Below are positions 24,761 to 37,268 of a stretch of DNA of 64,000 nucleotides, piece after piece. Every line of letters begins with the position of its first letter. The stretch's first letter is position 1. The position numbers and the translations under genes were made by a program. The notes beneath the pieces are model-generated. The model was not told where the DNA came from, did not search any database, and saw nothing but the letters and a program-made list of their open reading frames with translations. Origin of the DNA: Utricularia gibba (lineage: Eukaryota > Plantae > Magnoliophyta); contig NEEC01000007.1 of NCBI GenBank assembly GCA_002189035.1, positions 1-64,000 of the forward strand. Direction: 5' to 3'.

Positions 24761-26523
24761 TTATTTATTTACTCCAATTTTACTGCAAAAGACATCGGAA
24801 TAGCCAATTCAGGCAACATAGCTCGAACAATGAGCGAACTGCAAAGGGGAAGGATGAAGCAAGAAGGGTGAAACGATACGGCTGTTAAGTAAACAACGAA
24901 CCAAAAAAAAAAAAAAAGGGATTTTGGCAGCACGGTTAATGGAGCTTGGAAAAAATCATGGAACTGACACGAGAGAATAGAAAGAACTTTGTTTTCTGGG
25001 CCAAAAACCAAAACCCTACATAAAATTGCGAACTTTCACCAGAAACAGAGACTATTACCGACAACATCAAATTTAGCATAAACGGGGTGGTGCTAGTGAT
25101 ACCTTGTAGGGAGCGATTTTCCTCCCCGGCTTCGCACAAGAAGTCAAAGTTTGATGCCTCACCTCTTCTTCGGAAATCTGGGCAGAAAGAAAGATAAGGG
25201 CGGATGAAGAAGCTACATGGAAAATGGGCCATTTAATCAATTTACTTGGAGGAGTTGCACCAGGATTTTTTTTTTTTCTTTTCTGAATTCCCGTGTTTCA
25301 ACCCCAACCACTTGGGTCATTTTCTACTACCCAAGAGTCAAAACATGTCCCTCCCCATCCTGGATACGCTTACTGCTATCATCTTCACAATTATCATACC
25401 AGTATCTCCATCTTCAACGCCCACCACTTCAAACTCGATGATGGTAGGGCATGGCATTTGTGTTCTGTCTCATCATTTTTAGTTATTTAAAGAGCGAGCA
25501 GGAATCCATGAAGTCTCACCCCCTTCCCTTTTAACAACATTTCAGTTTCAGCCTTGTGGTGTTCCTTTTCACACTTTAATGCCATGGCATTGAAACTTTG
25601 GAAATCCTCCTGGACGCCATTTAACAGCCACATGAATTAAAGGCTCTAACGACCCAAGATGTAATAATTAATGGAATGCGCAAGTCAACACCCTGTTCCC
25701 GGAGACCGGAAGTGATGGCCGCCACTACAGCTACGGGCCCCAGATATTAGGATTTACAATGTATTAAGAAAGCCTCGTCATTAGAGATTAGGATTAGGTT
25801 GATAGCTAGAGCTGCCAACCGAGGCTTCTCCTTTCGTAATATATATTTTTTCTACTTTCTCGATGCTTCAACCGAGGATCTTGTAGTTGTAGACACCCTC
25901 CCCCAAGGAAAGGGTGGGTGCGGCGAAGGGACCTTCTTCCAGCCCATTCATGGAGTGAGTGAGAAACATCCTCTCGTAGAATTTTTAGAACTAAAAAAAA
26001 AGAAAAGGTGTAAACTGTGGACTGAGTAAATGAGGCGAGAGATAGTCCCACGTCTGTGTGGTTGGACTCAAGAGAGCTTCCTTCATGAAACATTCATTAT
26101 TTCAACCAAAGAAGAAAGCCCAGTTTTCACGTTTTCATGTTCTCTATTGGCATTCACGGGCAAGCCTCTCTTTTGAACACCGCCCCGAAGGTCTGACACG
26201 TTTTGCTTGATCTTGAGACTAGTTGTATTCCCAAAGTAAATGGGGCGAGGAGCCAGTCCATGCATGGACATGAATGCAATGACTCATTCGGTTGGATTGT
26301 CTGTACGTACAACTGTCATAACCACATCCATTCTCTAAAGTTGTGCATGTCTGTCAAGGCCAATTTGTGAGCCTACCACAAGTTGATCTGTGAGTACAGA
26401 CTATTTTGTTAAGGTTCGCACTACCCGTTTTGCACTTGCACGCAGATGCAATAAGCGACTCTTTGAAGTTGAAATTTTACAGTTTGATCATTGCCAGTTC
26501 ACGTGAGGCGATAGAATGATTAA

Positions 26524-27645
26524 CTATGTTGGAAGTGCGCTTAGAGGGGGAACTAACAGTATCTTGCTTCCGGCAGATACTGTTTTATGCTGTCCGTCCC
26601 CTTCCGTGGAAGATACAGAACGTGTATACAGCATTGTGGTTGATTCAAGTGTATCCTCCCCAAACCCACATGCTCTAAAAAATGGCCTGTTGGAATCATT
26701 TGAAAGAAGCAAGCAAGGCATGAATGAAGATGGAGATGGAGATGGATATAGTAAGGAAAAGAGGATTAAGGATCTCTTAACCTTTCTCGATCCGTACATA
26801 GGGCAGCAATATCGTATATCCCAAATTTGTTTGTTAACATCCTGCGTGTAATGACGAACGGAGTAATTTAGCTGGTCCACCCACTCAAGTGAAGAGTTAA
26901 TGGAAAGAGTTCATTGAGAAATGGAGCACGCACCACACAATTCTTTCTACTATCTTCCTCCCAATCCCCCTACCTTGCAAAGCAGGGTGCACCTACAAAA
27001 AGGACTGGAGCAGCATCAATGCAATTACATGAAATCAATCAAATCAACGATAACCCAGATTCACCATCTGTAATTTAGGAATCAGGAATCAAATTAAAAA
27101 AAGCAAAGCAGCAGGGCGGACCACAACATCATGAATAGACGCCGTTAAACCAAGATCTGAAACAGCGCGGCCGAACCCTATCAGATGCCCATCTTTAGGC
27201 GACGAAGGGCCCATTCCTCTTATCCAACCTCCAACAATACTCCTCTGAGAATGGACCGTCAAAATTTCTTCGCGTCTGGTGAAAGCAGACACCATGACGG
27301 AGCTATGGGAGAGCGCAACATCGAGCTTCAGAGGGTCCACTGCCTCAACTACGCCGACTTCATTGGCGATGGGAAAGCGGTAGCAGGAATAGTTGCAAGC
27401 GGCATAAAGTTCGATGAGCCGATGTGGGTTCACGTTTTCTGGTTTGGTGGATAAGAAAATCGGCGGCTGAGCTGCAGCTGCCATCTCGAGAACTGACGCC
27501 CCATCCCGTCGGAATGGATTGGATTGGTGTTTGATTTTGGTGGGTCCCATTCCAGTACAAGTTGGAGCTGGAGTGGGTTTGGTGCCGTAAACTGCACAAC
27601 TGCTGCCCCGGAACCAATCCAATCAGTTAGCGAGTTGGACCTCAT
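26524..27645 (-). CDS. Plastid GNAT-family acetyltransferase (GNAT3/At4g19985-like); 4 exons, start uncertain
   Basis: PPIFLSTKPENVNP...LDVALSHS...LIGFGRAVSDLGLTASIHDVVV | HPALQGRGIGRKIVERIV (acetyl-CoA binding Q/RxxGxG) | MLTNKFGIYDIAALC | RPFFRACGFGEDTLESTTMLY. Confidence 0.85.
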
Positions 27646-27986
27646 GGGACACCGCCCATAACTTTTTTTCCGAAGCCCACAAAAACGGAAACAACAGACA
27701 GGAGCCTGAAAAAACAGAGAGGAGAGGCAAGCTGGGCTGGCTACTGCTTCCAAGCGCTTCGCGATTGCTACTGCGTGGCGAAATGATGAAGTTAGGAAGC
27801 AAGTCTCTAATGTGTTTTTTGGCGCTATCTCGTCGGTTAATCATGTAGCCAGTGAGCGGCAGAGGCTTAATATGTGATCTCCTACGCAGTTGGCGACAAT
27901 TGAAAATCATTCCACAGGGCACAAAGCCTCCACCCTGTTTTGTATATGGTTCCACCTACTACAAACAACTATTTTAGTAACAAAAC

Positions 27987-28762
27987 TTATGCCCAGACTC
28001 TGAGTCTGGGCTGAAGATCTGATACTTTAATAAGATCGATCTTGGCAGCAACGATGAAGTCATTGATGCTTAACCCCCCTGCGTCAAAAACACAATTGCA
28101 AGGAATGGTCTGCTTTTTCTTAGTATCATAAACAAACCATTACTAATTCAATTGCTTACCGATGGAAAAGGTCCACAATTCTGCTCTAACGAAATTAGGC
28201 TCCAGATGAAAAACTGGAACATGCCCTGTAGATTCCACGCCTTCCTTGATTCTCTTAATCAACTCCTTCCCACATTGCACATCCTTCACCTTCCATACTC
28301 CTTGAAGCTTCAAAATTCCTTCTTCGCTTACAATTTTCCAACCAACAACCTTTGCAGCCACAACAAATTAGGATCACACCAAGTCAATGATATACATGGG
28401 AATCTTCTATCGAACCTTAAGCAACAGCTTTCTGGCTTCACTCTCAGACATGGCCTGCTGCAGCTCAGATAACGGCACGCAACCCTGCTGGGCCAGAGAG
28501 AGAGCCGAGGCATTGGGTATCAAAATCTTGTGCTCCGTGTTCACGTTCCCGAGAACCTTTTCTCCAAAATTACTCTCGATTTCCGCCGGAAAAGGGTCTC
28601 TGGCGCCGAAGTCTCCCAGCAAATCCTGCGCTGCAGCCCGAATCTTGACTGGACTGCGAGAGATGGTTAGGGAAGGAAGGGTCGCGATCTTCCGTCTACA
28701 AACGTAGAGATTGTAGGAAGCAGTGGAAGAGGAGAGGACAAACAATACAGCACCGAAGCCAT
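27987..28762 (-). CDS. RAF2: Rubisco accumulation factor 2 / PCD-like protein (RAF2/SDIRIP1); 3 exons, apparent frameshift in the transit peptide
   Basis: DLLGDFGARDPFPAEIESNFGEKVLGNVNTEHKILIP...KLLLK | VVGWKIV...VRAELWTFSIG | GLSINDFIVAAKIDLIKVSDLQPRLRVWA*. The MASVLYCLSSP start at 28762 is in a neighbouring frame. Confidence 0.9.
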
Positions 28763-29027
28763 AGAATGAATCGGATAGATTTCCTCCGTCGTCTGGTGAA
28801 TGGTGGGAGAGCACTGGATTCATATTTTATTATTTGCTTGGTGAATTTATTTGATTTGACCGCGTGTAATTTATTAGCCTTGTTTTCGCACTTACGGCCC
28901 TGCTCTCCATTCTCTTCAGGCACCCCGGCCAGTCAACGCCTCGACGGGCAGATTTGAGATTGCACTCCGGCGATCTTGACGGAAGTAGACTTGCTGGCCC
29001 TAGAAACATTCGATTCGTTTATTCGAC

Positions 29028-30227
29028 ATGAATCCTGAATAGTAAATCACTTCTCCTATGTTTTGCCCCATTCTTTTTAACAAGTTCAGAGACTTGGCAA
29101 TTTCCTTTATCTGTTTTGATTACTTGCAACTCGTTGGATCTGCGTGGGATTTACTTTGTGATAAGGTTTTCCTTTTGTTGCTCTGTTGGTCTTATAAGCT
29201 TCATTTCGTCCAAATCGCAACCTACATTCTGGTTCTTTTTTGGAATGTTGTGATCACAAAGCTGTGCAGGTCATGATCCTTCCAGCCTGACGTCTCAGAT
29301 TAGTACTAACGTCATTAGCATTGTGCACCGTGCCAGCTTCAGAGGTTTATTTCGTTATAGATAGATTTGGAGTCATTTCAGGTTTTTGGGAGAAAGTGGA
29401 AGCGGTAGATTTTGTGTTCCAGGTTACTTTTTTGCAGCCGCATCCCCATGTGGGTATTTAGAAATCTGACCATTGCATTTTAAGTTTGTGAGATTTTTTA
29501 CCAACCCAATGATAAAAATTGCTCTTACCTTTTGTGAGAGAGGGGAGGGAGAGTACCCTTTTGACTTCGTGCACCTGAACTTCCCCTTTATGGAATCTTT
29601 TTGTGATGTTCAGTGACTACCTGTTTAGACATCTATTAAGTGGAGATTCAAGTGTTGGCAAATCATGTCTACTTCAAAGATTTGCTGCAAGTCCTTCGAA
29701 GCCTCCTACTCATTTGATATTGAAACGGTTTCAGATATGCCAATGAAATGTGAACAAGCTTCTTGTGGGGAATAAGTCTGACCTTGCTGAGAACAGAGGT
29801 GTGCCTTTGAGACATCCAAGGTAGGAATTTCTCAAGAATCACTATTATTTTCAATTTAGTTACACATGTTTGCACATACCTTTTGTGTGAACTTTGCAGG
29901 CCTTCGCTGATGAAATTGGCATTTGGTTCATGGAGATTGGTGCCAAAAATGGCCACCAACGTGGAACAGGCTTTCATGGCTCTGTCTGGCGACATTAAAT
30001 ATTAAGAGCAGGTACGGCTTTGGTTGTATTTCACCTTACAGGAATCTTATATCCAATTACTATCTGTGGCCTGTGGGCCAAATTAAATAATATGTGTTAC
30101 ACGCTTTGTTATTTCATTTGTTGTATAGGGTGGTCTAGCCAACCCCCAGTCTAATACCAGAAGGCCATCCGCAGTAGACATCCGTGGACCATCACCCGTT
30201 GCCGCGAAGAGTGGCTGCTACTCTTAG
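29028..30227 (+). pseudogene. RABD2: RABD2/ARA5 (Rab1-type) small GTPase pseudogene with introns retained and central exons deleted
   Basis: Micro-exon ATGAATCCTGAATA|gt (MNPEY). Exon 29614-29686 reads YDYLFRHLLSGDSSVGKSCLLQRFA. Exon 29735-29820 reads YANE-VNKLLVGNKSDLAENR with a frameshift, and exon ~29900-30010 reads AFADEIGIWFMEIGAKN...TNVEQAFMA with a +1 insertion. The last exon ends DIRGPSPVAAKSGCYS*. The TIGVDF and WDTAGQE exons are absent. Confidence 0.9.
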
Positions 30228-31027
30228 AAAGGCACCACTGTTTTCCGTAAGATCCCGTTTGGTGGTCTGAACAAGTTTGAATGGGTAAGAATATGTAATT
30301 TGATTGTTTGGTACATGGGATTGATACAAAACATCCAATCATATATTTTTGTTGTCCAAACTTGAGATTTCTATATATAAAGAGTAAAATTAAGCCCAAG
30401 AGAAAGATGAGTAATATTCACTCTCACACATAATTCCCTTGTAACATTAAGCCATCGGAATCCTTTTCACTTCAATGCCACCACCATACATGCTGTATTT
30501 GCTCGGCCGCTGTACAATATCAGACAGGGTGCTTACTTTTGCAAGCGCGTTTGCTAAAATTGTCCGCTCCCAATCGGGTGCTGATCAATGATCCTACTTA
30601 TGAACACTGCGGCTACTCACTTTTTCATTCTCATTTCAATTGTTGTATATGCACCCCTAACTTGGCGACCTTGATTGATTATGGGGTACCGAGCAGTTAC
30701 CCGGCAGTAGCACATTTATAAAAACAAACGGTCGAAAGAACCAAGGCCTAGACTGAAGTTGAATATATTGGACATAATACATAATCTGAGGGTAGGAGGT
30801 AAAAATTGGTGAACAACGAGAAACAAGTGTGCACCACAAATCAACAGCCTCTACAACAAAGTGATCTTCACCAAACAACAGTTCGATCGAATCCTCTGGT
30901 CAGCAAGTATGACCGTCATCAGGATTTGCAAGTAAGAACCCAGCCAGCTTCGTAAGGAACATAAACATCATCCACAATTAGCGTCCTGATATCAGCAACA
31001 ATGAAGTCTTGCCGATTTTTTACTGGA

Positions 31028-33363
31028 TCACTTGACATATTTGCTTGTTTGATCGGCAACTGTCTCCCAGACATTCGCTATCTTCTCTGCATATCCAGCC
31101 TGCCATCACCCGGGATGAAGAATTTCGTTAGGGCCTTAGCCTACCATATTCTTACAAATACAAAAACCCAACACAAGTATAAAGGAAACTGTGGTATGGC
31201 GATGGCAACACATTTTTTTCGTTGAAGCATTGTAATTAACATTATCATCTTGTTCCAATGAGTAATTGCTGAATTTATCAAGTTCTGAAGGGAAGTGCAA
31301 AGTTATAATACCTGATTAACGATGAATCCCTTTAGCATGCTGAGGAAATCATCCAGCCTTTCCTTCTCCAGCCTCTCCAGCTCAATTTTGTTGTTTTCCT
31401 GCATATGAACTTACAGTTACAAGGACAAACAGCTTATCCCATACCCACACAGCGGAAGCAAACTCACACCAGATTCAAACTAATCAGCAAACATCGTTGG
31501 ATCCTATATTTTCAATTGTGATGACTAGGCATTCTACCTTGATTCGTTCATATTCTCTAACGGCACAATTTTTTGCATCCTCAGTTTCTCTAACAGTTTC
31601 TCGTAGCTCTTCTATTCTTCGGTTTCTTGACATATCACCTCCAAATAATTTTGATGATGCAGCTTCAAGCCTTTTAATTCTTAAACGTAGTGATGCTAAA
31701 TCAGATAAATGAGTTTGGACAGTCAGCAAAGCACTAGCTCGGTCTGAAAACGCATTGTCAACAGCTAGCATAACTTCGAGGTATTCATGAAGCTTTTCCT
31801 GAAGAAAAAACAGAACGATTACATCAGCATGAATAAATAATGCACATGGGGGAGATTATTATTCTTATTCATGGAAGGGGGAAGGGATGATTCTAACTGA
31901 AACACACCACATACACCGATGTGCATGGTGTACTCGAAGAGCAAACATGAGATGATCTCAACCAGTGATCAATTGGGTGTCTATTAAGCAGGGAATGCGA
32001 ATCTCTATAGCAATTTCAAACTCGAACATGGACATTTTTTTTTACCAAATGCTTCACAGTTTGAGAATTTAAGTCTCGATACAATCTGCTTGCTTTCACT
32101 GAAGCAGTAGCAACATTTTTCATGTCTTCGGCATTTACTCTCTGCATGTCGCATATTGTTTCCTCTGAGTCAAACTTTGTTAATTTCACAAAAGCCAGCC
32201 CTAGCTGCCCCATAGTCTCCCCAATATCTTGCTGAGCCTTGACTAAGCTTTCCGCCTGCAATCACACCATAGATATAAATGCAAAATCAACTGAGATCTC
32301 AAAATATGTTTTTCACTAGGATTTTATATTTACCAACAAACCAGTCAACACGCAAGTCCCTCACAAAAGTGGGTTTTGAATATGAGTTTACAAATAGAAA
32401 CACCATAAAGAATAAGGAGGTCAAAAACAATACCTGCAGTGAAACATTACCTAGCTGCTGCTCCATAATCTGCATTTTTTCCTTCTTTTCCAGAAATTCA
32501 CGATCCTCCTCAACAACAGGAGGCTTTACACCACCCCAATCATTTGAAATTGTCTGTTTAAACTCTTTTAGAATCCTAAAAAAACTCGCTCCTCCCTTGC
32601 CTGGTTGGACCTCGCCCATACCTGTTCGACGAAGGGGACTTTCTTCTCCAGATATTTTCCCTGCGCCCTCAACAAACTCGCGCATTTCCTTACTTTTTCT
32701 TATCACAGGGTGAGCAGCTAATCGTCTAAGGTATTTCTCCAGCAAAATACGTCTTTGCTCCACAAATTCGTTCTTTTGCATCATCTGACTCTCTACTACA
32801 CTCTTATCCGGCCTTATTGGTATGAAATACCCACGATACATCTCTGCCAGCCTATCCGATAAAGATACAAAATCTCTAAACCTTCTTCGGACATTAAACT
32901 CTGTCCCATTAAAGTCAGGAAGATTTGTAAAGGTCGTGATCAAGTACGAGATATATGTGCTTCCTCCAGTTACAAGAGATCCTCCTGCCAACTCTTGCTC
33001 CGTCTGTGGATCAGAGACAGAAATCCTAAGGTAATCATTAGTTAAAGATTGAGATAGCATCCCCAGACGGTCCAGTTTATTGTTGTCAGAAGATTCAGTA
33101 GATTCCAGGTCAAAGGACTGGAAAACAGCTTCAGCATAGGAAGGGGGCTCCAAGATGGAGTTGATGGAGTTACTACCAACGATTGCTTCATTCATCGAAT
33201 TTGCGTGGCTGACCGTGTCCCCGTCATTTGTGGGGATTTCCGCTAGAACCATCATTTGTGAGTCGTTAGTTTGTGATAAGGCTTCCTGAAAAGGGATCCC
33301 AGGCGCCATTTGCACAGTTGAAGGGATGTAAGTTTCTTCGCTGGGGTTCTCCGAGCCCATCAT
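31028..33363 (-). CDS. SNX2: Sorting nexin 2 (PX-BAR); multi-exon, with a probable 5'UTR intron (donor ~33718)
   Basis: LEPPSYAEAVF, a PX domain (YISYLITTFTN...VRRRFRDFVSLSDRL...RPDKSVVESQ...EQRRILLEKYLRRLAAHP) and DWGGVKPPVVEEDREFLE. BAR exons AESLVKAQQDIGETMGQLGLAF and AVREYERIK. Last exon AGYAEKIANVWETVADQTSKYVK*. Confidence 0.95.
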
Positions 33364-33824
33364 TGTCGCCGTTCAGCCTCTTAAAATTTCTGGGTCCGCA
33401 GTTTCACGTTTTTTCAAGGAATTACACTGAGAGGGACAAAATTTGGGAGCAGTTTCCTGGAGTCAAGGCATTAATCGACACATGTGGATCAGTAGAGCTG
33501 TGTGTTCTCTCAAGGAAGATTATTGATTCCTCGAGTTCCGATCGACCTAACGGTGGAAATCCAAAACACCACCACCATGCAGGTGGAAACCTAGAAATTC
33601 ATGAAATAAAAGGCAAAAAAATAGAAAATCTTAGTCTCGAAATCAGTAATCACCCTCAAACAGAAATAAGGAAGACCGCAATCGGAGCTGAAAGGGATCC
33701 CGTAGAGTCGGCAACTCACTGGAAGAGCTGGGCGGCCTCTTGGTATTGTTGACTCAAGAAAGGTATCGATCTGAATTGGGGGTATGATGGAAGGGGGTGC
33801 CGGGGAGGCGACCGAGAACAAGGG

Positions 33825-33850
33825 TTTTTTTTTTTTTTTTTTTTTTTTTT
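33825..33850. repeat. Poly(T)26 tract upstream of SNX2
   Basis: Seen directly. Confidence 0.9.
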
Positions 33851-34517
33851 GGCAATTTCGTGACAAATGAAGTTTTTGGCCGGTCCTTCAATTTCTCTTT
33901 CTATTGATTTAATTGAGATATGACCAAAGTGTATCCTTAAGACATGTCTCGGGTTCTCGTACTCAGCGGTGCGATGCAGGTAGCGAAGCTGATGTCCATT
34001 CCCACAGATGAGGGATCATTATTCCATCCCCTCTCCTCCTCAGTCACCCCATCACCAACACCAATCGTCCCCCCGGAAAAACGCCAACCCAAGACGACAC
34101 AGACGGCGGTGGAAGGAGTCACACACGCACAAGTAATCCAAAAAAGATCCGCCAACTGAAAGATGAACCAAGGAGCCTAATTTAAAGCATCCATAATATG
34201 TATGATGTTGTCAAGAAAAACAACAGCCTTCCATTCAAATTCAATGTTTCACAAAGGCCAACTGGTTTGCATTGAAGCCAACAAAACAAAAAAAACAAAT
34301 TTCACCATCAACATCACTAGTATGCTCAATGGAACATAATGGCCTCGTAGGTCACTCTACGATATGGAAACTACCATCAGCAATAAGCTTGTATATCGAG
34401 TACCAAGTCCAGACTGAGCATCAAACTACATACACATAAAATGCAAACCCTACGCTTGTTTTGTCAAGGAAAACTTGCTACATCCCCACAATTTTAGACA
34501 GAAGGTGTGGCCGCGGT

Positions 34518-36667
34518 TCAATCATCGGAGCTATAATCACTAGATTCATGCAGAACGGGCACAGATGCACAACAAAAATACTCCTTGTCCTTCAGAAGAA
34601 GGCAGCTCCCGTCATGGTTCCATTTGAGATCCAGTACGGAAAAATATGGAAATGGGACACTGATGCAGTATGCACCTGAAGGAGTCCACATGTATAAGTT
34701 ACTACAACCAGTGCATAACACAAGACGGGGGTATGTGGGATCCCAAGATGCGGCTCGAACAGGTTCTTTTTGTATCAATATAGCTGCAAGCTCCAGGTGT
34801 TGTACGTCCCATACCCATAGAACAGTTGGCATGCTGTCATTTCGGGTGCAGATGTACTGGCTGTCGTGGCTCCATGATAGGAGGCCTACGTTTTCATCAT
34901 GTTAAGCATGCGTGTCTTCATGAGGTAGTGAAAAATATGGTATATTTAAACGAAATTCAGACAAGGTTTGTAGACTTGACTTACCAATACCCTGCTTTGG
35001 GTTTGGTTTATCAGCTGGAGGCTTTTGTGAAGGTAGTGTAATGGGTATTTCCATTACATCATACTTAACTTGAACATAAGTCTCAGCAGCATTATCTGAA
35101 ATTGGAGTAAAAGAAAAAAGTTTCAGTGAATAACCATAAAGGAAGAATAAAAAAGCGAAGCACCGATAACTTAGAGGTGTCAAAAGTTTCATTAGAGAAT
35201 GCATTGTTCAGTTGTCAGAAAATTACGATGTGGCTCACCAGCTTTCCTTTGTTCAAATTCATCCGTCAATGAAAACTCTGACATATCAAGCTGAAATGGC
35301 TCATCTACTTCCTGAACACAGGAATGGTAATTCATAAAACGCATGGGGATAATCAGTTTGAAGAAGATCAGTTTCATACCTTAAAAACTACAGCTGAACA
35401 AGGTCCACGAACCGAAGAAAGGTGTGTAAATTCTGCAAAAACCTTCCATGTCAAGTGATTCAGAACACGTATCATTTGGTCATAGCTTCCAACAGCTAGG
35501 AATTGGCTACAAGGGGACCAACAGACAGTTTTTACCCCCAGTCCACTCTCGTATGCTTGATACTTAGATAAACATCGACCATCAGGTGAATATATCAAAA
35601 CCTACACCAGCCAAAAAGCAGAGAAAAGGCATCAAAAAGGAAAAAAAAATCTAGCATCAAGGAAGAAGATTAGCCATGGCGGCATTCAGATAAATATAAA
35701 TGACGTGATATCTGGGAAATTCCTGCATTTCTTCATTTGGTTATGAAATAACAGTAACTGGAAATCGTGGTGCTACCAAGCTTCACGAGGACAATGAACA
35801 TATGAAAAATGATGTGCTATGAGAGCTAACGCTTGATTGAATAGCGCAATGGATTAATGCATATCCAAAATCCATTATGGTAGATAACTCTTCTTCTACC
35901 AAGGGATTACGATACAAAAATATCTTAAGTTATTGAACCATACCAGAAGACAAGTACTAGATGACATAATAAATACCTTATATTCAAGCGGGGAATCCCA
36001 TATAACAATGGCGCTATCATCAGGTGACCACTGGATGTCAGTCATATCCAGAGTATCAACAGCAAAAACGCCCAAGATTTCCCATGTCTGGCAAGAAAGA
36101 AGGTTTACATAGTCTTTGCAATCACGTCTCGTACATACTGCTGCAAACTTTCCATCTTTGGTGAATGATACGCCCTTAGAGCCATGCTTGGGCCATTGCA
36201 CATGTACACATGCAGTATTCAGTAACGACCATACAGTTAGGCGGAGCTGAAACTCAGAAGTTGTTAGTATATGGCGACTATCAGGACTCCACCTCGCATA
36301 GGATATGCCTGCAGCGCCCTCATCTATTTTGCAGGTCCATTCGGGCTGCGTCAACGACCATGCCTGTATCATAGGTCTCTTGAATAGACCACAAAGTATG
36401 TACTCAGAATCAAGAGCCCATTCGATATAAGTTATCTTGTCCAAGCACGAGAACAACTGTACCACCTGCAAAACAATACCGATCATTAAGACCCGAAAAT
36501 TTAAACAGAAAACCCCACCAGGCGATCGCTCCACCACAAACATTCCGTACCTTGAGCGTGAGAACGTCCCGCACAACCAACCGGTAATCCACTGCGACCG
36601 CCAGAAATTTAGCATTTGGAGAAAATGCACAAGGCCCCGTCTGCTTAAACGTCTCCGTGAGCTCCAT
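34518..36667 (-). CDS. WRAP73: WD-repeat protein WRAP73 (WDR8) homologue; multi-exon
   Basis: MELTETFKQTGPCAFSPNAKFLAVAVDYRLVVRD | VQLFSCLDKITYIEWALDSEYILCGLFKRPMIQAWSL...ARWSPDSRHILTTSEFQLRLTVWSL | YQAYESGLGVKTVCWSPCSQFLAVGSYDQ | WDPTYPRLVLCTG. Confidence 0.93.
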
Positions 36668-37268
36668 TTCACCAGCAATTTAGGAACTTGGAGAAAATTA
36701 TGAGGCCCCTCACTTTTCTACATCACGCACGGGACAACAAGAGGACTTGATCGAGAGCGAGGACACCCGAGAACGATGGTGAGATCTGTCGACCCAAAAT
36801 GGTGTGAATCTAGTTCAAAATTTGAAGTCGGGTTTAGTCAACAAAAATCAAGGGCGCCGTGCTGCAGAAAACGTTTTTAACAAGTCGCGCTTCCATGGAG
36901 AGCGTCGTCTTTATTCCCATCTGGAGAACCAACCGCGGTCCAAATGGAATGAATCAAGCCCTCGCCCTCGCCCTCGCTTCGCACACGCATTCGTCTCCCT
37001 TGTTCAAGTGTTTGTGATGTTGAGGCATTCTAATTAATAATTGTAACAAGTAAAAATGGGCGTGCATATGATTCATAAAACTTGTTCGGCATCTTACTAT
37101 TCATTCTCTTTCTAATTCCGAGATCAGATCCGCTCACAATCAGAAACTTGCATGTGAAGACGGACCTGAATGGCATTCTTCTGGTCCGTCTTGTAATGTA
37201 ATAGATAGACATGATGAGACGTAATGGTTACCAATGCCAACAACTAGAATACGCAGGCACCATAGGAT

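Noticed and set aside
33937-34159. Overlapping 71-72 aa ORFs on both strands between SNX2 and WRAP73
   Set aside because: No signal peptide or known small-peptide motif; likely SNX2 promoter or WRAP73 3' flank.
34518-36667. Centriole/cilium-associated WRAP73 retained in a flowering plant
   Set aside because: Angiosperm WRAP73 homologues are already known, so this is not specific to this window.
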